From Phoronis australis (taxonomy: Eukaryota; Animalia; Phoronida), in the NCBI GenBank assembly GCA_002633005.1, contig NMRA01000021.1:483112-530668 (forward strand): DNA of 47,557 nucleotides, given 5' to 3'. A program made the translations under genes and the position numbers. Each line of letters opens with the position of its first letter. Position 1 is the stretch's first letter. The notes under the pieces were generated by a model. The model was not told the origin of the DNA. It did no database searches and saw only the letters and a program-made list of their open reading frames with translations. Shown here piece after piece: positions 25,101 through 35,900 of the stretch.

Positions 25101-25946
25101 GTCGCGTCACTAACAGATAGTGGACCAATCGCACGCTCCAATAGTCGTGCGATTCAGCGTGATTAGAGCTTGACTCAAGTGATCTCTGCGCATAAGAACT
25201 GAAAATTCATAAGTATTATCGACCACGCTCAAGTTGGCTTGATTTGAACAGCCATTTCTTCCAAGGGCTCTTGTAATCTGATCAAGAAATTAGCAAGCGG
25301 AAACGTGTTTTATGAAGGATATGATTTATGCCATCGGCTATTTTTGACAGGATACAGGTAATGCTACAAGTAGAGAGTAAAAAGAATCTAGTGCCCATGT
25401 TTTGCATAGAAAAGTATTGATAAGTTTTGATGTTTTGATTGCTCTCTCGTTGTTATATGATCGCCTGAGGTACTTGTGATAGGCTTATAGGAGCTTTGTC
25501 TGAAGGGGCATTGCCGCTGCTTTATTATGTGTAACTGACTATGATGTTTGCACGTCAAGAAGACCTCTATGCTAACTTCAATCATCACACCTGACGCTGT
25601 TGTCCCAACAAATGTCCAAACGCAATGTTGGTCATTCACCCATACTGACGTCATATGGTCATGTGCTTCAGTCCGTTTTTGTGCAAGTGATATGTATGCC
25701 TGGTTGTTTCGGTTATGAAACGTCACCAAAAAGTGGAACAATGTTACATAGATTTCCAAATAACCAAGGGTAGCAAAACTAACTGAAACGTGCATTGTGA
25801 GAACAGGACCATCTTACGCCACAACTGAAATAGTAGTGACAAGATAACTGGTCGGGGAAGGAAAAGCAGGTGGCTTGAGTGGTGACATGTCGTTGTTGCT
25901 GAATTGAAAAACAACAGTTTTGAGGTAGAATGTTTCTTGACGGTAC

Positions 25947-26690
25947 CTGGGACAACAGAGATGTCGTGTTTTTGTGAGCGAATCTTCAGCAAATTATCTT
26001 GGGTTGCGCCGAAGTCTCTCCCGGCAATTTGAGCGTATTTGGCAAGAGTGACGAACACCTCCTTGTATTTAATTCTCGTGGATTCATCCATGGTCGTTTC
26101 AAGGCACTCTCCTGCAACCAAGTATTGGAAAATCAACAATCGTTTAAAATGGAGATTTTTCTACGTCCATGTTTCCAAAGACTCTACATTGCAGAGATAC
26201 TTACACTCTTACTTGCACGCGCATGATAATAAATTACCATTTTTGACAACCCTGTTGTGATATATTTGTCACATGTGTCACTTATTGCTAACAACAATTA
26301 TTTAGTCAGACGAGTTCCAAATAATACGTTTCACAACAATGGCAACAAATTTTGTCACGGCGTGTAAATTTATACGCCGAGCATATTCTCAGGGAATAAC
26401 GAACTGGTAATTCGCCCAAGCCCAATAATACTTTCTCATCAAAGTTCGCTTCTTGGACTGAACGCCTGTTTACAATCACTTTATATGTCACCCATCATTC
26501 TTACCTTCGCTGTTGACCACAGCAGAGAACTGTAAACCAGCCTCGCAATTCTGCAGTGCCAGTAATTTTTCTTCAAGTTCTGTCTGTGAACAAGATCAGT
26601 GATCATATCAAAAGCAAGGTCGCCAGATGGATATTCTCCATCTTTATAACTGTGATTCCGTAGCTTGCAGGCAACTTTAAAATTTCAGTC
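25947..26690 (-). pseudogene. Possible relic of a spliced gene (two phase-1 exon-like blocks: 26505 to about 26690, and 25947-26111)
   Basis: The GTAAGA donor at 26504 joins in frame to the ttgcag acceptor at 26112, giving ...ELEEKLLALQNCEAGLQFSAVVNSEG|ECLETTMDESTRIKYKEVFVTLAKY...KHDISVVP. The upstream block needs a frameshift. Family not confidently identified. Confidence 0.3.
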
Positions 26691-27254
26691 ATGGGTATTT
26701 TAGAAAACGCCCGGGAATCCACAAATGACATAACTGTGAAATCGGAAAGGGTTGAAGTTTACAACAAAACAAAAGGCCACTAAATCTATAGCTCATAAAA
26801 ACCTAGGAAAATCAATTCATAAAACTCCCATTTAAAAACTCAGAGAGAAACCCGGACCAACCCAGACTAGATAAACGATTACACCGTAGTAACGTGCAAA
26901 AACTACCTCCAAATCCTTTAGTTTGCTAGCGCACGACACGCTACCTTTTTGGTCCCTGAGAGTATGCCTTAGATTTCGGCATTCCCAAACACCGATTAAA
27001 CTTTGTTATCTTCCTCTGGCCTCATTTTCGGAACCTTTTTGTGGAAAAATTATCTCCACGTCAGTATCCTGGGCAAACTCTCAAAAGTTTTTGAGACAAT
27101 TATGCACACCAACTTACTGGATTTTTGGACAACATTTTAGACCCCAGGCGGGCATGTGTTTTCATGGCTGGTTACAGCTGTCAGCATGTCCTTCTTGGAC
27201 CCTCGATGTCTGGAAACAATTATTGGAGTACTGCTTTATGGTTGGGGTGTAACG

Positions 27255-27420
27255 TATAGACTTAAACAAGGCGTTTGATGTTTTACCTCATCAGATTCTG
27301 ATCGCAACGTTGAGGGCCTATAGATAGACTGCTGACTGATAGCTGTACCCAGCTGCTCTGGTCTTACCTCACGGGCTGACAACAGCTCGTGACAGTCTCA
27401 AACACTACTAGTCGATATAT
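27255..27420 (+). mobile_element. Short decayed CR1/L2-type LINE reverse transcriptase fragment
   Basis: Translates DLNKAFDVLPHQILIATLRAY...QLLWSYLTG*QQLVTV, matching the DLSKAFD...SYLxxRxQ RT segment. Confidence 0.7.
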
Positions 27421-28779
27421 AGGGCTTTGTTTGCTGGTTTCTGATGTGTTCCAGTTATTTTAAATTGTCAGTGATAATAGCCACCAGCAAATGTTTCATG
27501 TTTACTCTTTAAACTGACAATGAAGAATCATTAGAAAAAAACACGTTTTGTGCTTCAAGGCGAATGGCGCGAAGCGATGTCAAGAAGCGTGCATGCGTTT
27601 GGTGAACCACCTCCGTTATTTGCAGGTGGCCCGATACACTCTTTCACAGTGCAACGAAAGGTAGCCCTGTGGGATATGGTGCTTAACATGTCTTCTCATC
27701 GGTTAAATAATGAAACCGACGTCATAACATTCAGTCACTCCCAGTGGTTGAAATCTGGGAAACCCCTTTCAGTTTACTGTTACGTGGTATCGCGACCACC
27801 TTTGACTTGAATAGTTGCAACTAAAACGGGCAGTGATTGAAGTAAACTAAAGGAACAACCCGATCCAGAGGCTTAAGCCTAAACAAGTACAGTGCATAGG
27901 TGTGTTCAACTGGATGCGATGTGATCGGTAAACTTCCGACCAAGCACAGGAATTGATGCCCACACCGACACGGAATTCCGTGTGTACATGTTTCCACAAG
28001 GCCACTTTTCAGTATAGGTGGCGCTGTGTCAGAGGGTAGTGGCCCGAGTGATTTATTGCACTGATCAGAATTTGCTCGGCACTTGTCCAACAAAATCCAA
28101 AATTTTATCAGGTAACCAAATGGCGATTAAAACGTGAATGTAAACAGCTGGGCCTATTGAGGACTTACACTAACACGTATTGCTGTAAACACCATTCCGT
28201 ATTTTGATTAATTAAATGGAAGTAAACAATTGTTAAGCGTTGTAAGTATGTTTTCGCAGCCTTTAAACTTCTTGAGAATTCGCTCAAATATCTAAACGCT
28301 GCTTTTTGTACGATGGTCATTTGACCGATACAACAGAAATAAATTTGATTAAAAATGGCGAAGGAAATATTTTGAGCACAATACAAAATTTTAGATTGAA
28401 ATGCACTTGAATACTACCAGAGTAGCAGCAAAAATATTACGCTGATAACTTACATGGAACTGGGTGAGAAAATAAGATATATGCGAAACCTTTTCTTTAA
28501 GTTGCATCTCATCTAACGACACAAAGCACGTCTACAAGTCACAAAACCCTGGAGAATGACGTCAGAGCATTGTACTAAACAAATCCCATCAACAGTGTTA
28601 GAACGCACGTCAGTCATGTAACTTACAGATATTCACTACTTGTACACTAAGGCCACCAGGTTGCGCTGCAGAAATGAAATCTAGTCAAGCAAGCACAAGT
28701 GAGAAAACAGACACCTGAAATTCAGTTTCGTGTCAATGACCGGCGAAATCTTGTGAGTTTAGTGGTTTAGAGACCCTGT

Positions 28780-28923
28780 CAGAGGCGGATCTACGATTTT
28801 TAAGCGACGTCAGGTTGCTACCCCGCGCCGCCGTGTTGTGCATGCCGGGGTGTTTTTATATTATTTATTCGTGCCTCCTGACGCGGGAGGTGAAACCACG
28901 AAACCCTCGTTGATCCGCCGCTA
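28780..28923. mobile_element. Tiny hAT-like MITE with 5-bp TSD
   Basis: Imperfect TIR CAGAGGCGGATCTACG...CGTTGATCCGCCGCTA, with CCTGT on both flanks (28775-28779 and 28924-28928). Confidence 0.6.
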
Positions 28924-30409
28924 CCTGTTATTTATGTCATGCGAAGAATTGTACGATGACACTAATTGGTTTACCTGAAAATCCAACAGCTACCTGGCGG
29001 TTTGGTATTAGCCCAATTATGTTGCACACCCAGGAGCAGGAACATATCATTGCAACATTAAACAACAGTTTTAGGTTGTAATAGTCACATTCGTTGAACA
29101 AATTCTAAAATTCGAAAACCTATTCACATGTGCTGTTCACGACTACAGATATGGTGTTATATTATTAACAAACTTTCAAAACGAAAATTTATTGTGCCCC
29201 CAATATGCTTATGATGGGTCTGCTTATCGAGAGAACGATAACATTAGCAGCCTGAGGCGATTTAATAAAACACAACAGCATTCTGCCTTTAATCTGGACC
29301 TGTAGATTCAGTGTAGTGCGCAAACCGGTCGACGGAGTTGCCCAATCTCGACTTGTTATTGAGGATGTCAACGTAGGATTCTTTTCATATAAAAGTTTTC
29401 CATCTGTTAACTCATGCAAACATTGTGATCCTAAATAATCATACGTAACGAGGCGATCTAGTAGGTACACCTTGTCGGAATTTTTGCCGTTTCTGCCCAT
29501 AACGAGTCAATACTGCTCATAGCGAATGCATATGCGCAATGCAGATTCACACAAGTATCCGCATCATCATCATATGTGAAACAGATAGGGCATTATAAGT
29601 TAGTATAGCTCTACAGGTGTCGCTACGAACCATCACGTACCACTTTGAACATGATGCATTATGGATGAAAGTTGCTAATTCATCGCCCAATAATAGGCCC
29701 ATGAATGAGATACCCACTGAGACCACCCGTTCTGTCCGCGCAATTGCACTAGGTTAAGGGAAGGTCGTAGGAAATAATTGGCCGACTAAGGTAATTTCAT
29801 TGGAGTATCAATTGAAAACATATGAGAGTGAACATAGTGACAGGAAAATGACAAGAATGGTGACTAATGGAACAAAATCGATTTTTGAAATTACACCGGA
29901 GCATCAGCGTAAAGACCTTAATTGCCACCGTCCTTCTATCAAAGGTCGATCAATTCTAGAATCAACGTCGATACCGGAATCAAAGAAATGTCCGTGCGTA
30001 CCTTTCTTTGGCATGATCCGACCCATTAACTGGCCAGCCACTGTAGTATCACCGTCAGGGGAATTTCAGACTTTTTATATAGCAACGTGTTTTGATTTCA
30101 ACCAATCCTCACAGGAATCAACTGAAAACTTAATATATCCCCCATTTCACAAATTAAACATTATGGTCTTTGGAGTGTGATCTTTCCCACAGTTGCCATG
30201 TAATTGTATGAAAGCGCTGGTCATCAAGCTTGTCCGTTTATTACATTTTGAAGTCTTCAAATGTTCCTCCACACTTTTGAGGGTTGTTGAGGCTTACAAA
30301 ACATTATTTTCTTTCAAAGAACTAGTTGATGGGAAAATCGACTTTAATATCTGTTAACTATAGCTGCTGTGGCAGTCGGCCGTATCTACCATGAAAACTC
30401 GTACATCTA

Positions 30410-32560
30410 CGAATAGTAAGACTGAAACTCTCGGACAAAGCAGCCACCCTGGTGGGATGATGAATTGGCTTCGGCCAAACGAGCAAAAATATGGTCTTTA
30501 AAACTGTTTCGTAAAAACTCTTCTGTCTTTTACCTTAACATGTACAAAGTAAATAAGAAAGCTCTCCATGATCTGTTTAAACAAAAAGAGAAAGCACATG
30601 AAGCACGACTTATTGAAGCCATTAAACGTTTCAAAAATAACCCTAAGGAGTTCTGGCAAATAATTAAATCCATTGGACATCCCGTAAGTCTTCTACAATT
30701 AGTCCGCAGAAATGGCACGACTATTTCAAGGATTTATTGAATCAAAACTGCTCTATTGACGAGTCCTTGAGTCAATTTTCCACGCAGGAAATGATTGAAC
30801 ATGATAGTTCGTGTGAAAAGTGTAGTAACAATTTCCTTTCTGACCTTAATACTGATTTCTTGCCTTCTGAAATATATGAGGCCATTGAACAATTGCCTAC
30901 AGGCATGGCTGGGGGTTATGATGGCGTCATCTTTGAAATGCTGAAGTGCACGAAGGTAACGATAGTGCCAGCCTTGCATAAGTTGTTTAATGCAATATTT
31001 GATTCTGGGTATTATCCCCAGACATGGTGTGACGCGGTGCTTACTCCAGTACATAAACAAGCCAATATCAATGACGAAAATAACTATAGAGGTATCTCCC
31101 TGTTGGCTGCTTTGGGAAAACTTTTTACCATACTTTTAAATAATCGTCTTTATTACTGGGCTGAAAATAATGATAAACTTCATGAGACTCAAGCTGGGTT
31201 TAGAAAAGGCTACTCTACGATTGACCAAGTGTTTACACTTCAAGCTATGTGCCACAAGTATTTGAGTCACCAGGGTGGGAGATTTTACTGTGCCTTTGTA
31301 GAGTTCTCGAAGGCATTCGATCGAATCCCACATAATTTACTATTCTATAGATTGAAAAGCATTGATGTGCATGGTAAAATTTTCAACATAATTCGCTCTA
31401 TGTATAGTAAGTTGCGCACTTGTGTGAAAACTCAAGATGGTCTTACACAGTTCTTTGATTGTACTGTTGGTACTGATCGCCAGGGTTGCATGATCAGCCC
31501 ATTATTATTTGTGTTGTATCTAAATGAATTTCTGGATCAAATGAGTATGAAAAGTAATATAAATAGCACATATCTCAGCGAACGAGTGCCAAGAGTTAAC
31601 TCCCTACTATACGCAGACGATATGGTGTTATGTTCCTCTACACCCATCAACTTACATCGTATGCTTAATTGTTTGGCAGAATTTTGTAAATCATGGGGCA
31701 TGCAAATAAACTTGAAAAAAACTAAAGTGGTCGTTTTCAGAAATGGCGGTCCCCTAAGACGATATGAGAAATGGTTTTACAATGGAATATTGCTTGATGT
31801 GGTTCCTCATTACAAATAGCTTGGACTACTTATTACTCCAAAAGTTTCGTGGACCAAAGCCATTAAAGCCTTATCTAGTCAAGCAAATAAAGCTGCCTCT
31901 GCAATTTGTAAATTAAAGCGAAGATGTCGTGATCTGCCCCCGTAAATAACCTTTCACTTGTTCGATAAAATAGTTTACCCCTCTCTGTGTTACGGCGCTG
32001 AGATATGGGGCTTTAAGGAATATGAACAATTGGAAAATGTACATATCAAGTTTTGGAAAACGCATTTTAGGAGTAGGCAGTTGTTGTTCAAACTCGGCAA
32101 TTATGGGAGAATGTGGTCGATTCCCATTGTCTACAAAATATTTTGTTTCTTGTTTAAAATACTGGTTCAAAATACTGGAGATGCCTAGTAATCGTGGGGT
32201 AAAAGCTGCATATGATATGCTTTTTCAGTCAGACCTGATCGTAAGATCTTCCTATAATTGGGCAAGTTTTGTAAAGAAACTTCTGTCTGTGTATGGTTTT
32301 CAGATGTATGGATTAATCAGGGAGTGGTAAATCAAACGTATATCGAATGTAACGCAAAACTGCCTTACTATGTGAGGTACAAAACAAAGTACCATCTTGA
32401 GAATTATCTAGAAATGGTTGGTATCCCACGTGTTTTTATCCAGTCTCTGACTCGATTTCGATGTTCAAATCATTCGTTACTAGTGGAAAGAGGTCGCCAC
32501 ACAAATATTCCCTATGAAAACAGGTTATGTGGGTTATGTAATTCGGGGTGTGTAGTATAA
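30410..32560 (+). mobile_element. 5'-truncated, decayed non-LTR retrotransposon (LINE ORF2 reverse transcriptase; RTE-X/L2-like)
   Basis: Motifs PWWDDEL, NPKEFW, NYRGISLL, QAGFRKGYSTIDQ, FVEFSKAFDRI, RQGCMISPLLF, LLYADD, INLKKTKVVVF, YGAEIWG, RFRCSNHSLLVERGR, RLCGLC. Several stops and frameshifts; no endonuclease domain. Main open segment is 30737-31819. Confidence 0.93.
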
Positions 32561-32774
32561 CAATCCCAACCGGTAAGAAACATTCACAGTTGAAGGTTGA
32601 AAATGAGATGTAGCGCCTACAGTACGTTTCTTAGCAACAATTTAATGTTTGAAAAGACAAGTTGTTTTAGTTGACACCAGTTGAAGAGTTGTTTGCATAG
32701 CATTCTTAATGAAGCAACTTGAAGTGAACTGAAAGTGAGTGAAAACAACTTGAAATCATTAAAATGGCAAATAA

Positions 32775-32780
32775 TTTATT
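32775..32780 (-). promoter_or_regulatory. Candidate CTU2 polyadenylation signal AATAAA
   Basis: First minus-strand AATAAA I found after the CTU2 stop, about 125 nt downstream. Confidence 0.45.
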
Positions 32781-32904
32781 TTTAATTATTAGATGGTATC
32801 AATCCCATAACAAACACTTTTGTTGGTGGTGTAGATTAAGCGCTTTTAAGTGCTTACAATCAACATCCCCAACCACTTAAAAGTAGGTCTAACACGTGTG
32901 TATT

Positions 32905-32986
32905 CTACTGGGCAGTGGAGGCTATATGTTCTGAATCAGCGTCTTCTTCAATTAAACAATCCTTCATTATAGCAAACATCCGTTTT
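32905..32986 (-). CDS. CTU2: CTU2 coding exon 15 (with stop)
   Basis: KRMFAIMKDCLIEEDADSEHIASTAQ*; acceptor tttcag. Confidence 0.88.
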
Positions 32987-35900
32987 CTGAAAGGACAACA
33001 ATTAACAGTTAACAATAGTCTCAGGGATGCTCAACTAATCTAATTACCAGATTTAGACTCAAAGTTTGAGACTGTTTAACATTAGCAGTGTGAAGACTCA
33101 AGTTCAAAGTGACACCACTGAGGAGAAACCTGATTTTGCGAAATCATTCTGGTTGTAAATTCTAACAAATCACTTGTTACATTTGATTTGCGTGTGGTCT
33201 CTACACTACTCATTCATTGGGTTTCTGTGTTTAGGCAGAGACTTACTGTCATAGTACATACGCAGATTTGTTTCTCAGCCATGTGTAGCTTTATTCCAAA
33301 TATATTTCACTATAAACCATACCCCCAGTGAATAGACACCCCACTACCTTTATGATAAAGGTTAGGTAATGTTATAAAGCTGTGCTCTGTTCAAGAAGCG
33401 AACTTTTGATTTAGATAACTTACCACTGTGAAATTGGTCTCAACATGTTTCTTATTCAGATGAAAATATTTTTTTTGGTCACCAAAGAACTGACAGTTCG
33501 TAAAACCCCTGAGACCAAACTAAGTAAGAATTTGCGACCAATTCCATAAGATGTCTAAATCTAAGTTAGTATTAGTAATAGGTGAGTTTACAGCTGTTGC
33601 AAATGAAATGGTGAGTCTTACCTGTTCACATGTGAATCAACATCTTGCAGAACGCTTAGAGGTAGTTTGTCAGTGTCGCTCTGTAAATATGCAAAACAAC
33701 TGAATTATACGGTATTACAGACTTTGCAGTATAAGCAAGAAATTTCCCAAGCCGTGGATAAATTCCATCTAGCCTCGTTTAAATTATGTTGAAAATCGTG
33801 GGGGAAATCAGAAAAAAAATCAATACTGAATGGTTAAGAGAATCAGCTGAAAAATTTCCTTTGGAAATATGTTGACTATCTGACTGTGCTTCATAAAGGT
33901 CATCCAAAACGGTGCAGTGATTGAATAAAAATCTCTTCAAGAAATTACACAATGACATTCAGCTATAATACGAAGCCGACTTAAACGTACCATTTCTTTA
34001 ACAGTCAGACGGCATCCATAGCACAGAGCATTCAGTATATCACGTCTGGATGACCTGAAAACAGAGACAACTTTAAATGAGACAACCTTGAAACCAATAT
34101 AGCATTAAGTGCTGCGTGGCATTTCCCAAATGGCAAATACAAAAGTTTCTTGCCGGTTAGGATAACAATTAGCCACATTGCCTGGAATTTTATGACCGAC
34201 TTCTTTAGTTTGGGGATTAGGGAACTGAGATGGGTGACAGTAGTAATTCCATTGTTCGTAACAACATTCTTATACATTTTAGACATGCAGACACTGATAA
34301 GTGAAATTTTTCACTACTTGAACAACGGAAATTGGTAAAGTACAACAGAAGAGAAATATCGTGAATTGTACCTGCTGTTCCTTTATTGACATGTCCCTCC
34401 ACCTATTTTGTGTATCCTGCCCAAGCAAGACAATGGAATGACTTGTGTACATCACTGCACAATAGACAACTTAGCTTAATGATCTTAATACCCCCCAAAG
34501 AATGCAGTGAAATTTGAATGGGGGAGCCTGTTATTGTCAGTTGGGGATGTTGTTTGTGTTTTTGCTCGTGAATCTACCTACGACAACCCTCTGCCACAAT
34601 GTACGCCTGTGTCGACCTTTTCTGAGACCTGTCACGTCATTTGCTTAGGAAATATTCAGTAGACAAGCAAAAGCAACCCAAAGGAAAGACTATGCTTGGC
34701 AAAACTTATTTTGTGGGCACATAAAGATATTGACATCTTAAAAGTAACAAGAGCGCACATGAATGGATTGCAAATGGTGTGCTTTTTGTCATGAATTCTC
34801 ACGAAGTTAAGTAAGTGCAAGTTTCATTTCCTATGACGTTCAACTATTCCAACAAAACAATTTATGATATATAACAGCTCCAGACATCTTGTGTTGCTGT
34901 TTACTATGTCACTGACCAGTGCCCACTCATAGTGAAACCTTATATGCCAGACAGCTGTCCAGACTCCATTCATGTTTATAAGTTGGATGAAATCAGCGGA
35001 ACTCTCAATATTGTTTGTTTTGCACTCACAACCCACACATATTTCTAATCGCTATATCTATTGTAGCTAGAGTTAATAAACTTTGTGTGTCAGTAGAAAC
35101 TCAACGACTGTGTTAGTTTTTATGCTGCTCTCCATCGACTTGCTGTTGCTACCTTGTTAGCCAACTATCTACCGTTCAGCCAAGAACCCAGTAACCCAAC
35201 TATACTACCACGACCCATCTCCACATTAGTGTAATCCGTGTCTCCGCAATGCTGATATCTCCATCACTTTCAGGGTTATTTATTTGTATCATAAAAATGG
35301 CCACTAGATGGCGCAAAAACATACAATCCATCCAAAAACGGAACATGCGGCCATATTTCATAAAAATCTGTTAAGGCACTTCAGAGAAACAAAGGAAAAC
35401 AGAATAAAATGAAATTGCCACTAGTGGGTACAGTGTCCGGTGGATTCCCCTGGAAGTCATCGTCATCTGTTGTTATCTTCGTATAAATACACTTACTAAA
35501 TTTAGTAAAGATCCTGCAGTGGGTTTAGGAGATACAACTATGGGCGCAAAACAAAACTACCACTAGGAGGTGCCACAGTAGTCAGTCACCATCATCGAAG
35601 GTTGTCTTCACACTGAGACCATAATTATATGCCAATTTTCAAATGATTGGTTGATACAGGGGTGGACGCCAAAAACAAGATTTGAAAAGAGCAAAAATTG
35701 CCACTAGGTGGTGCAAAATATCTCGATTCTATCCAAAAATAGGAAGATAGTGTCATCACACCAATAAATGCCTATATTTAAAATTATATGAAAATCTGTT
35801 GAGGACCTTTGAAGATACTGAGTTAAATGTAAAAAACTAAAATTGCCACTAGGGGCACAGCAGTAGTCAGATCTGTCCGAAAGTCATCGTCATTCGTTGT

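Noticed and set aside
34200-34410. Extra candidate CTU2 exons in intron 12 (for example WRDMSIKEQQ)
   Set aside because: Exons 12 and 13 already join in phase and the candidates show no CTU2-like sequence.
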